DNA from: a virus
Strand: one strand, 5' to 3'
IMG/VR virus record: IMGVR_UViG_3300025133_000024
Length of the DNA stretch: 64,000 nucleotides
The position numbers and the translations under genes are program-made. Position 1 is the first letter of the stretch. Every line of letters begins with the position of its first letter. Shown one piece after another: positions 7,229 through 16,834 of this stretch. The notes beneath the pieces are model-generated. The model was not told where the DNA came from and did no database searches. It saw nothing but the letters and a program-made list of their open reading frames with translations.

Positions 7229-8251
7229 TTAGGAATTATTAATTCTTTTTATTATCTCCTTAATATAGAATTTATTATATTCTTTTTTTTCTATAATATT
7301 ATTATATAAATCTTTATTATATAAATTATTTTCATATAATAATATTAATAAGTTTATTTTATATATTATGTTTTTATTGTTTATAATAATATTCTTTATA
7401 TTCTTTTCTAAACATAAATTACTAACATTACTATAAACATCCAAAAGAAAAACTAATAACCGCTTATCATCCGATTTACATAAGGCAAAATTATAATAGC
7501 CATTCCAGAACCCCCTGTCAAGAACTTTTTTTGAGACCCTAGCTAATGCCTCGGAAAATCCCGTAGAAAAAAAATTTACATGGACCTTCCAAGGGGTATT
7601 TTTATCCAAGCTAAATCCAAATTTGTTTAAACTTCGTTGATAGAAATCAAAATAATCATCTTGATAATACATTTCCTGTTTATAAACACCACTGTTGATG
7701 TTCCCATCATCAAGAAAAATACAAAGTCCTGTATCAACCGGAGAAAACAAACTACTTAACACAACCCCTCCCTCAGAAATAAAAAAGTTCTTGACAAGAG
7801 GTAAAAAGTTCTGTATAGTATAATCAAGGAAATTATCAAAAGAAGAAATTTTCTGAGGGATTATATTTGTTTCTTGGTTTATGTTTTCTTGGTTTTTTAT
7901 TCTCTCTATTAAGGTTTTTTTAAGTGTTTGTAAATGGTTTTCATATAAATCTTCGAAGAAATAAGGTGTTGAGTATATTTGAGGGTTGTTTATCTTTTCA
8001 TTGTTTGAATTTAAAACTCCTCTCATTTTTGAAAACTGCATATACTTTTTAAAACCAAGAAACATATCCAACACAACATCCAAAACCAAAACATCATTTC
8101 TTCCATTGTTGTAAACAACAAATTTTTCTTTTTTTGGATAAACAGGGATATTATCAAAGTTTACTTTTCCATATAAAGGGTTAATACCTTTATTGGTGTT
8201 TTTAATTTGTAAGTTATAAAACCCTGAGAGGTTATTTTTATCAATGTTCAT
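7229..8251 (-). CDS. Hypothetical protein at the end of the tail operon
   Basis: 340-aa ORF coupled to the tail operon; FGFSLDKNTPW motif; extremely AT-rich 3' end. Confidence 0.65.
   Translation of the reverse strand: MNIDKNNLSGFYNLQIKNTNKGINPLYGKVNFDNIPVYPKKEKFVVYNNGRNDVLVLDVVLDMFLGFKKYMQFSKMRGVLNSNNEKINNPQIYSTPYFFEDLYENHLQTLKKTLIERIKNQENINQETNIIPQKISSFDNFLDYTIQNFLPLVKNFFISEGGVVLSSLFSPVDTGLCIFLDDGNINSGVYKQEMYYQDDYFDFYQRSLNKFGFSLDKNTPWKVHVNFFSTGFSEALARVSKKVLDRGFWNGYYNFALCKSDDKRLLVFLLDVYSNVSNLCLEKNIKNIIINNKNIIYKINLLILLYENNLYNKDLYNNIIEKKEYNKFYIKEIIKRINNS
7493..7521 (-). promoter_or_regulatory. Sigma70-type promoter embedded in ORF 7229..8251
   Basis: TTGACA (7516-7521), 17-nt spacer, TATTAT (7493-7498); upstream of the polA/microprotein block. 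Confidence 0.65.
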
Positions 8252-8263
8252 TTTATAAACCTT

Positions 8264-10894
8264 TTAGAGTAATCCCTCCCATATAGGGATTACTGGCTGT
8301 TCAAAAAAATATTTTTTTAAATCCTCTTTTGAATATAAAGCAAATTTCGATAGAGGGTTTTTTTTCGCTTGTTTAAGAAAATCTTGAAAACAACCATTAA
8401 CATTGGAGTTAGAATTCATGTCGTCTTTGAAGCCAATTCCGTTACCTCTTGATTCCCATTTACATGTCAGAACAGTATCGAATTTTCCACTTTCAATTTC
8501 ACCTTTGACATTGGTTATTATATAATAACCTCCTAAACCTAAAAGATGCGATAAAGAATTGTTATCATATGGATGTCCCAAATCAATACTAGAAGGGTCA
8601 ATATATATTTTTTGCCCTGGAACAAATGATGAAGCACCATACATTTTTATTTCTGCATCAAACAACCTTCTCAGCCATTCGAAATTAGTTCCTTGCATCA
8701 CAGCTTCTTGATAATAAGGGATTTGGTTTTTTGTGAAATTAATTTCCTTCACTAATCCTGTTGAAGAGCCAATTCTAAAGTGATAAACGCCATCTTGAAG
8801 GTCTTTAATGTAATTAACCTTTCTATGATTCCCTCTTTCTTCTGAAACATGTATAAAGTAATATTCCCAAAGAACATCTTGAGTGTTTTTTTTCTTTTTG
8901 TTGTTTTGTCCAACCAACACAGTCTCAACCTCAGTCGCTTTAACAACATTGGACATTCTACTAATTGGAGATTTATCATTTGCGGCACCACCAGCACCGC
9001 CTGCACCGCCAACTGCTCCACCGACAAAGTCAAAAAGTGCGTCCTCAATTGCGGATGTTGCGAAAGTTGAATTCATGCGAGAAATGGCACCTGTGGCGCT
9101 TGCATTGGGCAATCTAGACACTCCAACCTGCGTTGTCAAGGGGTCTCTTTTGGGTGGAGCAGCACCGGGCAACGTAAAGGTCGAGATTCTTGGGCGAATT
9201 TCGGTTTTATTTTTACTAGAAGTTGCGGATTTTTTTTCAAAAAGGGAACTTGGGAATGTTTGAAGACAAATGTCATTCATGATCGGTTGAATTAGTCCTG
9301 TTATCATATCCCTAATAAATTCTCCAAGAAAATAAGTTTCTTTATTCTTTTTTATAATTTTTTCTGAAAACCAAACACTGAATTTATGTAAAGAAATAGG
9401 AATGTCTGACAATAGAAGTTTTTTGTTTATATTATTGGGGTGTGTTATAGAACCTAATAGAAATTTTATTCTCTTTTCTTTATTTGTTTTATAAAATTCT
9501 CCTAAAATTATATCTAATAAGTCTCCTAAAAAGAAATAATGAATAATTAAACAGTCGTCCACTTTTGGAATTCTTGAATCTCTTAGTTTATTTGCGTTTA
9601 AAGACTTTTTTTGTCTTGCTAAAGGGACGTTATTTTTAAATTTTTGCAAAAAACTATTTGCTTGATAAGATGATACACTAGAGCACTTCCATCTGTTTAA
9701 TTCAAAATTTGTATCTGAGCTTCTTTTTTTTACCTTCTCATCTTCAATTCCTAGTTCTACAGCACTTGTTGTTTCAAAATAAATTTTATTACTTTGAAAC
9801 AAACTTAATAATAACTTTTCATATCTTTCTTTCTTTTCTGAAACAATATATTCACCTTGATATTTTCTTAATTTTTGCAAACTTTTGTTTATGTCTTTTG
9901 TTTCTACTTTCACTTTCCTCAGAGCATATTTGTTGTTGCGACGTTCTGCACTTTTCTTAACGCATTTTAACATTTTTAATCGCTCTTGTAACTCTGTTTT
10001 TGCAGTTATTACAGAATTTATTATATGCTTATTAACACTTGATGCTGTTGAAGAAGGGTCTAAAACATCAAAAGCTCCATCAACACCCACAACACTCTCA
10101 AGTCTTCCCCAAAACCCCAAATTGAGCGTTATTTTTCCGTCTTGTTCAAAATTCAAATCTGGTTTTGAAAGGGATAGGAACATGGACATTGACATGTCTT
10201 TGATAGCATCTAATAATTCTGGTTTGTTTTTAAAAAGAGAATGCTTACCATCTGGAACTGACCAACCCACCTGTAACTTAACATGATGATTAGCATCAAC
10301 CAATGGCATGATGGTTTTGTTATTTCCATGCGGTAAACTTATTAACTCAACAAACGAAACTCCTGAAGAATGCTTCTTTTTCAAGTCTTGAATAGAAGAA
10401 AACAATATCTTAAGATTGACCTTGACTAGTCTTTTTGATTCGGCTGGTGTTGAACCAATAAACTCCCAATCACAACTTTTTAAACCAACACCTGACATTC
10501 TTTGATTTGTTTGTTGACGAAAAATAGACTGCAAATCTTGTTTAGTTAAGTGACTATCAAAAAAGAATTCTTTTTGATGAGTGTCTTTGGGGTTTTTAGG
10601 ATTATAATAAACCTTGAATAAACGTATTTCTGGAACTAATGCAGATAACTCATGAGGGTGAATTTCTTCTAAAAATCTTTCTTGTTTGGATTGACGCAAA
10701 ACTCTACCAAGTAAAACAGACGGATCTCCCTTTATAGACAAAAAACTACTAGGGCAATTAGCAAATTTACTCTTCTTTTTTAGTAAGGTATCAAGATTCT
10801 TTAACAGAAAACACTGAGAAAGTGCCCTCTCCTCAGATGCCATAAGTTTCTTGTCTGTAAAAAATTGTTGCTTTTTCTTACCTTTTGTTGTCAT
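8264..10894 (-). CDS. Putative baseplate hub / late-control-D-like tail protein
   Basis: C-terminal FDAEIKMYG..FVPGQKIYIDP...LGLGGYYIITNV...GKFDT pattern of hub proteins; follows TMP, tube initiator and LysM genes. Confidence 0.55.
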   Translation of the reverse strand: MTTKGKKKQQFFTDKKLMASEERALSQCFLLKNLDTLLKKKSKFANCPSSFLSIKGDPSVLLGRVLRQSKQERFLEEIHPHELSALVPEIRLFKVYYNPKNPKDTHQKEFFFDSHLTKQDLQSIFRQQTNQRMSGVGLKSCDWEFIGSTPAESKRLVKVNLKILFSSIQDLKKKHSSGVSFVELISLPHGNNKTIMPLVDANHHVKLQVGWSVPDGKHSLFKNKPELLDAIKDMSMSMFLSLSKPDLNFEQDGKITLNLGFWGRLESVVGVDGAFDVLDPSSTASSVNKHIINSVITAKTELQERLKMLKCVKKSAERRNNKYALRKVKVETKDINKSLQKLRKYQGEYIVSEKKERYEKLLLSLFQSNKIYFETTSAVELGIEDEKVKKRSSDTNFELNRWKCSSVSSYQANSFLQKFKNNVPLARQKKSLNANKLRDSRIPKVDDCLIIHYFFLGDLLDIILGEFYKTNKEKRIKFLLGSITHPNNINKKLLLSDIPISLHKFSVWFSEKIIKKNKETYFLGEFIRDMITGLIQPIMNDICLQTFPSSLFEKKSATSSKNKTEIRPRISTFTLPGAAPPKRDPLTTQVGVSRLPNASATGAISRMNSTFATSAIEDALFDFVGGAVGGAGGAGGAANDKSPISRMSNVVKATEVETVLVGQNNKKKKNTQDVLWEYYFIHVSEERGNHRKVNYIKDLQDGVYHFRIGSSTGLVKEINFTKNQIPYYQEAVMQGTNFEWLRRLFDAEIKMYGASSFVPGQKIYIDPSSIDLGHPYDNNSLSHLLGLGGYYIITNVKGEIESGKFDTVLTCKWESRGNGIGFKDDMNSNSNVNGCFQDFLKQAKKNPLSKFALYSKEDLKKYFFEQPVIPIWEGLL

Positions 10895-10897
10895 TTG

Positions 10898-11224
10898 TTA
10901 TACACCATATAATTGTTTTAAAATATGTTTTGGGAAAGGTATCAAAACCTCATCACCTTCTTTAAAATGATATTCTGTTGGTTTATTGTTATAAAGAGCA
11001 ATTAACCACCAATCTTCAATATTACCATAATATTTTTGTGACAACTTATACAACTTATCACCAACTTGCCAAATATAAACATTAGAAGAAATTAAAGACT
11101 CTTCTTGTTCCGATAATTTCCTAAACTTTGGTATTTTGTTGTGCTCAATATATAATCGATTTCTTTTTTTTACAAAACTGTTTTTGTTGTCCAAAATGTT
11201 TGTTTCTTTGTTATTATATCTCAT
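10898..11224 (-). CDS. LysM/gpX-like baseplate tail protein
   Basis: YIWQVGDKLYKLSQKYYGNIEDWWLIALYN...GDEVLIP LysM-like pattern. Confidence 0.8.
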   Translation of the reverse strand: MRYNNKETNILDNKNSFVKKRNRLYIEHNKIPKFRKLSEQEESLISSNVYIWQVGDKLYKLSQKYYGNIEDWWLIALYNNKPTEYHFKEGDEVLIPFPKHILKQLYGV

Positions 11225-12228
11225 TATTTGGGATTATAAGGTTTATATTTACCTTTCCTTATTTTTTCTTCTTTATCTTGTTCAACTGTAAGATTTCTGT
11301 ATATTGTATTATCACTATTTGATCTTTTTTTCTTGGGAATTGGAATTGCAGAATTTGTTGGCAAAGGAGCATTATCAATGTCTGGTCCGACTCCATATGG
11401 AAATCCTTGGTCTACAAGTCTAGAAGTTTTACTATTCACAGAGAACGTTAACGGATTTTCTTTTTTTGCATCTACCCCATTATATCTCGTCCATCCCAAC
11501 AAATGGTCATGTAAAACAACAATATTACAAGAGATTGTCCATAATTTGGGATAAATTTCCCCTGGTTTAGAACCAAATACTCCAACTTCCAAGTCGGGTT
11601 CAATACTTAAACCACCATCTATAAACCCAATCAATCCCGAAGTCTCCACAGATGTTGTTGAAGTTCTTGCTGAGGATATTAAATTTGTAAACTTAAACTT
11701 CAACAAAGGAGATGATTGCATGATACTTGACACCTCTTTGTTTCTATTTGAAGTCATTTTTCTTACGTTTGATTTGTTTGATTTGTTTGATTTGTTTGAT
11801 TTGTTTGATTTGTTTGATTTGTTTGATTTGTTTGTTTTTTTGTTCTTAAAGTTTTCATCGCCAACATAATCTTGATACTTAGGATACATAAATTGAATCA
11901 ACTTGTTTATTGATTCAACATTGCTCCTTGCTTGACCTTCCGAGACTGCCGGAACCTCCCAACTTAAACTTATTTCTCTCGATGTGTTTTTGAATATTCC
12001 AATCGGGTCCATTCGACCAAAAACTTCCTCCTTATTCCAATTGGAATTAAAGTTATCATTGAAGTTTTTCAAAAACCCATGAAACATCACTTTCCCCGTA
12101 TCACCCGACAAGTTTAAAATAGAAATGTACCACTTTTTCCTGTTTCCAAGATTATCAATGGCCCAATTTCCATCTTTGAACTGAGCTTGTCGTAATCTCC
12201 CATTATGGTCTCTCTCTAAAAATGGCAT
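11224..12228 (-). CDS. Tail tube initiator / baseplate protein (GpU/CIS-tube-like)
   Basis: NFNSNWNKEEVFGRMDPIGIFKNTSREISLSWEV motif; directly downstream of the tape measure gene. Confidence 0.65.
   Translation of the reverse strand: MPFLERDHNGRLRQAQFKDGNWAIDNLGNRKKWYISILNLSGDTGKVMFHGFLKNFNDNFNSNWNKEEVFGRMDPIGIFKNTSREISLSWEVPAVSEGQARSNVESINKLIQFMYPKYQDYVGDENFKNKKTNKSNKSNKSNKSNKSNKSNKSNVRKMTSNRNKEVSSIMQSSPLLKFKFTNLISSARTSTTSVETSGLIGFIDGGLSIEPDLEVGVFGSKPGEIYPKLWTISCNIVVLHDHLLGWTRYNGVDAKKENPLTFSVNSKTSRLVDQGFPYGVGPDIDNAPLPTNSAIPIPKKKRSNSDNTIYRNLTVEQDKEEKIRKGKYKPYNPK
11767..11829. repeat. 9-nt microsatellite x7 encoding (KSN)n
   Basis: GTTTGATTT repeated 7 times, in frame within 11224..12228. 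Confidence 0.95.
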
Positions 12229-12243
12229 TTATCTATTAAATCC

Positions 12244-15108
12244 TTATTCATATGCATTGTTTATTGCTTTGGTAACAGCATCTCGAAAACTTCTCTTTGT
12301 CGCATCAATATCCATAAAATTAACATCAACTGTTACTTGAACCGGAGTTTTCTTCTTGTTCTCCATTCTAGCAATTAATTCATCAAGTTTATCTGTTACA
12401 ATTTGATTTGAATTGTTAAAGACATCTTCATCGGACGTTTTTGAAAAGCCATTGATTATTTTGTTATTCTCTGATGTGACCGTATTTAATTTATTTGATG
12501 TCGTGGTCATCTTTTCCATCTGAGGAAGTATACTCGTAATTTGAGCACTATAATTTTTTGTTCCTTCTGCCAAAACATCATTAATTTCCCATAAAGCAGG
12601 TGAACCTTTTGTTGTTCCTGCTTTATGAAGTTTCTTTGAGGTTATTGCTGTTTTATTAACCTTTGGTGTTAACTTATCCAAAGACCTTGAATGCATATCC
12701 GCATGTTCCGCTTGCACTTTATCCATTTCCCATAAAGCAGGTGAACCTTTTGTTGTTCCTGCTTTATGAAGTTTCTTTGAGGTTATTGCTGTTTTATTAA
12801 CCTTTGATGTTCCTGTTTTATGAAGTTTCTTTGAGGTTATTGCTACCTTATTAACCTTTGGTGTTAACTTATCCAAAGACCTTGAATGCATATCCGCATG
12901 TTCCGCTTGAACTTTGTCCATTTCCCACAAAGCTGGTGAACCTTTTGTTGTTCCTGCTTTATGAAGTTTCTTTGAGGCTATTGCTGTTTTATTAACCTTT
13001 GGTGTTAACTTATCCAAAGACCTTGAATGCATATCCGCATGTTCCGCTTGAACTTTGTCCATTTCCCACAAAGCTGGTGAACTTCTTTTTTTCTTAACAC
13101 CAAACAAAGCCTTCCACGCCTTTATCACAACCCATATCGTGGCAGCAATAGCAGCAAGCACACCCGCAAACAACAACAATGGACCCACAAAGCCCCAAAC
13201 CGCCGGAATCCCAGCCCACATTGTTGCAATTAATCCTTTTTTTGCTACTATTGCTACTCCCGTTGCCGTTGTCATACCTGCTGTTGCCATCATTTGAAGT
13301 GATGTCGCCGCTGTACTTGCCATTGTTGCAACAGTTGCAGCCGTTGTTGCTGCAAACCAACCAGTTTTTGCGATTATTAATTTGGTTATGACTATAGCAA
13401 GTAAAACAATGACCCATGTCCACCCCTTAAAATAAGATAATAAACTAGAAACCAAATCAACAACCTGATTTAACAACCAAACTACTGGCTGAACAGCAAC
13501 AGCAAGATTTTGCCACAATATCTTCCATTTTTGCATAAATGTGTTTGAATGTTTTATTGCTGCATTGAATTTCTCTTGGTTTTCTTTTGCTTTTTCTGCT
13601 TTTGCCTGATGAACAGCCAATTCATCCATGTTCATATTGAACAATCTCATGGCAACATTCATGTCTTTGATTCCTGCTGCATTTGCAATTGCTAACCTCT
13701 CAAACCTCCCCATATCAGCAAATCTTTTACCAGATAATTGCAAACCCCTCACAATCATTTGGATTCTTTCTCCTTCTTTGGCCCTCAATAAATCAATGGA
13801 ATTAAACATGTCCCTTCCGAGAATAGCATTTAATTTACCTGCCACCTCAGCACTTTGCTCAAAGGTGTTCATCGATTCACCAAAAATACCCAACAAAGTC
13901 TTTGCTTCAACCCCTGTAGTTTTAAACACAGCCTGGAGATTCTTAAACACCTCAATCCCTTTCTTGCCATGCACAGCCAATTCCGGAAATGTCTCCTGGA
14001 AACTTGTTTGCACTTTTGCAACATCAATATTTAAATCTTGTGCCACAGCAGTTATCTCAAGCATCTGCCCTTTAGCACCGGAAAGAGACATCTGGAGAGC
14101 CAACGAGAGATTGTCAAGGGTAGAGGCTGTGGTGTCATTTTGAACGCCCAACATGGACATCCTAGAAGCAAATAAAACTAATTCTTTTCGCCCCTCGGAG
14201 GATATTTTGGTTAGGTTAGTTAGATTTTTGTATAATGCTTTGAAGGATTCGTTTGTTTCTGAGAGTCCTAATCCAAATTCTCTATTGGAGATTGATGATT
14301 CGTATAATTCATCTTCATACTTTCTTTGTTGACCTGTGACAGAAGCAAGTGCAGCAGCTTGTGATTCTAGTTCAAGAACGACATTTTTGGAAGCTGTGTA
14401 GATTTTTCCTAAAATTGCTGGTATGGTAATCATCGACATAAAACCTTTTGCGATGTTTGTGACAGCAAATGAAGCTTTTTCCAAAAACTTCATATCAGTT
14501 TTATTAAGATTATCAAAAAATTTAGAGGAATTTTTGGAAATGTTTAGGAATTGTGAGGCTAAGTCTTTTCCTTTGTTTAATAAGAATTCTTGAGATTCTT
14601 TGAGAGGTTTATATAAGTCTAATGTTTTTTCTAATTCTTTTACCATATTTTTATGAATGTCAAGTTGGTCTTGTAAAGCAACAGAGGAAGCAGTAAGTTT
14701 TACTTTCTGTGTCTCTAATAAAGGAATTTGACTTGTTAAAGTCTTTAACCTGACATCTTCCTGATAAGAGAGTTCGCCTGTTGTATACCATTTATCATCT
14801 AAGAGTTTTTGAGCTTCTTTAGTTTTCTTTATTTTTTCTTCAATTTGTTCTAAAAGTGTGTTATTTGATTTTTTTTCGTTTTCAAGGGCTTTGGCAGCGG
14901 CTTGAGCAACAACCAATCTTTGTTCTTCTATTTCTTTGGCAAGTTTTGTTTTGTCAAGAATATCTGAAGTGAAAATAAGTTCTTTTTCTTTTTGCTTTAG
15001 AAGTTTTAACTGTTCTTTACTAAGATTTTCATATGATGTTCTTAAAGCTTCAAAAGCATCTTTATTTTTTGATAATTCTGCTTCAATTTCTTCTACTGTC
15101 TTTGACAT
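12244..15108 (-). CDS. Tail tape measure protein
   Basis: 954 aa, N-terminal coiled coil, Ala-rich helical core, hydrophobic membrane-like segments; follows tube and chaperone genes. Confidence 0.85.
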   Translation of the reverse strand: MSKTVEEIEAELSKNKDAFEALRTSYENLSKEQLKLLKQKEKELIFTSDILDKTKLAKEIEEQRLVVAQAAAKALENEKKSNNTLLEQIEEKIKKTKEAQKLLDDKWYTTGELSYQEDVRLKTLTSQIPLLETQKVKLTASSVALQDQLDIHKNMVKELEKTLDLYKPLKESQEFLLNKGKDLASQFLNISKNSSKFFDNLNKTDMKFLEKASFAVTNIAKGFMSMITIPAILGKIYTASKNVVLELESQAAALASVTGQQRKYEDELYESSISNREFGLGLSETNESFKALYKNLTNLTKISSEGRKELVLFASRMSMLGVQNDTTASTLDNLSLALQMSLSGAKGQMLEITAVAQDLNIDVAKVQTSFQETFPELAVHGKKGIEVFKNLQAVFKTTGVEAKTLLGIFGESMNTFEQSAEVAGKLNAILGRDMFNSIDLLRAKEGERIQMIVRGLQLSGKRFADMGRFERLAIANAAGIKDMNVAMRLFNMNMDELAVHQAKAEKAKENQEKFNAAIKHSNTFMQKWKILWQNLAVAVQPVVWLLNQVVDLVSSLLSYFKGWTWVIVLLAIVITKLIIAKTGWFAATTAATVATMASTAATSLQMMATAGMTTATGVAIVAKKGLIATMWAGIPAVWGFVGPLLLFAGVLAAIAATIWVVIKAWKALFGVKKKRSSPALWEMDKVQAEHADMHSRSLDKLTPKVNKTAIASKKLHKAGTTKGSPALWEMDKVQAEHADMHSRSLDKLTPKVNKVAITSKKLHKTGTSKVNKTAITSKKLHKAGTTKGSPALWEMDKVQAEHADMHSRSLDKLTPKVNKTAITSKKLHKAGTTKGSPALWEINDVLAEGTKNYSAQITSILPQMEKMTTTSNKLNTVTSENNKIINGFSKTSDEDVFNNSNQIVTDKLDELIARMENKKKTPVQVTVDVNFMDIDATKRSFRDAVTKAINNAYE
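12584..13083. repeat. 141-nt (47-aa) tandem repeats in the TMP C-terminal region
   Basis: SPALWE anchors at spacings 141, 195 and 141 nt; unit GSPALWEMDKVQAEHADMHSRSLDKLTPKVNKTAITSKKLHKAGTTK plus one extra 18-aa partial unit. Confidence 0.95.
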
Positions 15109-15137
15109 AAAATTGTTCTCATGTTATTCTTCAATAA

Positions 15138-15144
15138 TAACTAA
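15138..15144 (-). promoter_or_regulatory. Possible late-promoter variant (TTAGTTA) upstream of TMP
   Basis: Resembles the CTATTTA/CTAGTTA motif; lies between a terminator and the TMP start. Confidence 0.3.
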
Positions 15145-15152
15145 TCAGATAC

Positions 15153-15175
15153 AAAAAAAGGCTGGTTATCCAGCC
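15153..15175 (-). terminator. Intrinsic terminator after the tail chaperone genes
   Basis: GGCTGG-ATAA-CCAGCC hairpin followed by U7 on minus strand. Confidence 0.8.
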
Positions 15176-15189
15176 CAATTTTATTTTTG

Positions 15190-15367
15190 TTATTTTTTCA
15201 TTTCTTCGTTTTGTTTTTCGATTTCTTGCAAAAGTCTTTTTAAAAACCATGTTCGAATCTTTATTGGAAGGTTATATGCTTCAATAAATGACCAACCTCC
15301 ATGATATTTTAACAAAAACAGTTGTTCATAAACTTGCTTAATATATTCATTACTCAGGCCAAAAAAA
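15190..15367 (-). CDS. Tail assembly chaperone extension (GT/gp51-like), probably reached by frameshift
   Basis: FFGLSNEYIKQVYEQLFLLKYHGGWSFIEAYNLPIKIRTWFLKRL; no in-frame ATG near the start of this segment; it begins at the U7 run of the upstream gene. Confidence 0.65.
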
Positions 15368-16201
15368 GTCCTTGGTGATGGGCACCTCCAGCAACCCATC
15401 ATAATCACACTCATTGCATGATACTTCGCCTTCAATCACAACTGAAGGACTTATCTGTGAATAAACATCCATAATTAACCTAGCTTCATACAAAGACACA
15501 GCATTTACAAATTGATTAATCAAACCTTTATCTGTATCTCCCTCAACCGCAACTATAATTTGTTTCAATCGATTCGTGAAGTGTTTTTCACCTTTCTTGT
15601 GCTTTTTTTGTTTTTCTGAGATTTTGAATAAATGACTGTCATCTTCACCTGTTAACAACCTAAACTCAACCTGCAATTTTAATCTTGGAAGGTTCATCAA
15701 AAAAGTCTTCTGAGGGGTCATCTCAACATTTAATTCTTCCGGTGTTTTCTGCTCTTTGTTGTAAAAAACGTTCTCTTCCAAGTCCGTTTCAACATTCACC
15801 AATTCACCACAAGAAGGGCAAGTTGTTTGTGTCTCATATAACTCACCAAAACCCGATTTTCTTGCCTCAATCAAAAGTGCTGTCCTATCCGCATCCAACA
15901 ACCAACGTGAATTGATTTTCTTGTCTTGAATAAGGTTTTGAAGCAATTTATCAAAAGCAAGACCCTTTTTTAGTAGAGTCTTTGATGTTAAAATATCTTC
16001 TTCTTTTGCTGTCATATGTTTTAGTTCAATTTGTTCCAAACCATGTAACATGTGACCTTCGGGATAATACTTCCCTTCAGAAGGTAACTCAACAATCTCT
16101 GTTGGCACAGCAAATTGAAAAGACTTTTTTTGTTCTTCTACCATAAGTGGAGGAGCTTCATGACCCTCTTTAAAATTAAATCTATCTTCGTTGTTTCTCA
16201 T
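15350..16201 (-). CDS. Baseplate hub/tail assembly chaperone (T4 gp26-like)
   Basis: VELPSEGKYYP, HMTAKEEDILTS, CPSCG and CNEC motifs; between tube and TMP. Confidence 0.8.
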   Translation of the reverse strand: MRNNEDRFNFKEGHEAPPLMVEEQKKSFQFAVPTEIVELPSEGKYYPEGHMLHGLEQIELKHMTAKEEDILTSKTLLKKGLAFDKLLQNLIQDKKINSRWLLDADRTALLIEARKSGFGELYETQTTCPSCGELVNVETDLEENVFYNKEQKTPEELNVEMTPQKTFLMNLPRLKLQVEFRLLTGEDDSHLFKISEKQKKHKKGEKHFTNRLKQIIVAVEGDTDKGLINQFVNAVSLYEARLIMDVYSQISPSVVIEGEVSCNECDYDGLLEVPITKDFFWPE

Positions 16202-16215
16202 AAATCACCAAATGT

Positions 16216-16755
16216 TTAAGTTAAGAGGAGAGGGCTATTTCTCGAAGTAGGCAATAAATCAGCCCAATCATAACGAATAACCAAATCAACTGTGGTTAGG
16301 TTATCATCTTCATATGAAAGTTCTGAAAATGTGGGGTCTTTAAGCCAAGCATTATGAAGTTCCCATTCTTCAACAGCATTCCCATCAGAATCAATAAGTT
16401 CAATAAGAACGGTGTTTAAAGCAGCATGGGCACGGTTTTTGCCGATGGTTACGCGACTGTTGGGGTTAACAGGAATTTGATAACCACTTTTTAACTTCAA
16501 CTCTTCAATTGCTTGTGCAATATCAGGTTCAGTTGGGTCAACAACTGTAATTGTTACAGTATCCCATTGAACTCTACCTGGAAAATAGAATTCATAGTTT
16601 AGATAAGCATGTTTTACTTCTGTAGTTGTGAATTTGGGTCTGGAAACCTTCTTTGCATAAAACATGGTCCCACCAAATTCGGGGGCACCAACAGTTACCA
16701 GAAACCTAAATGCCCTTTTGGGGTCTTTTTGAGTTGCGTCTGTCCAAAATGACAT
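16216..16755 (-). CDS. gp19: Tail tube protein (gp19-like)
   Basis: KRAFRF, FYFPGRVQWDTVTIT, EEWELHNAW, LVIRYDWA motifs; directly after sheath. Confidence 0.85.
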   Translation of the reverse strand: MSFWTDATQKDPKRAFRFLVTVGAPEFGGTMFYAKKVSRPKFTTTEVKHAYLNYEFYFPGRVQWDTVTITVVDPTEPDIAQAIEELKLKSGYQIPVNPNSRVTIGKNRAHAALNTVLIELIDSDGNAVEEWELHNAWLKDPTFSELSYEDDNLTTVDLVIRYDWADLLPTSRNSPLLLT

Positions 16756-16793
16756 TTTATAATCCTCTAAATATTATAAAAAAAAATGTGAAT

Positions 16794-16826
16794 AAAAAAT
16801 GGGTGAGATTTTTTAGGTCTCACCCA
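16794..16826 (-). terminator. Terminator between sheath and tube
   Basis: TGGGTGAGA/TCTCACCCA 9-bp stem followed by U6 on minus strand. Confidence 0.75.
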
Positions 16827-16827
16827 A

Positions 16828-16834
16828 TAAATAG
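16828..16834 (-). promoter_or_regulatory. Late-promoter-like motif CTATTTA upstream of tube
   Basis: Same heptamer recurs in intergenic gaps before six structural operons. Confidence 0.55.

Noticed and set aside
8980-9025. GC-rich GGAVGGAGGAGGA stretch as a foreign element
   Set aside because: It is a short in-frame Gly/Ala linker with no flanking repeats or mobile-element features.
12584-13083. TMP repeats or 9-mer repeats as a CRISPR array
   Set aside because: There are no unique spacers; units are multiples of three and in frame within coding genes; no cas genes are in the window.
15368-15435. N-terminal extension MKAKYHAMSVIMMGCWRCPSP of ORF 15190..15435
   Set aside because: It overlaps the gp26-like gene in another frame and is not protein-like; a frameshift entry at the U7 run is more plausible.
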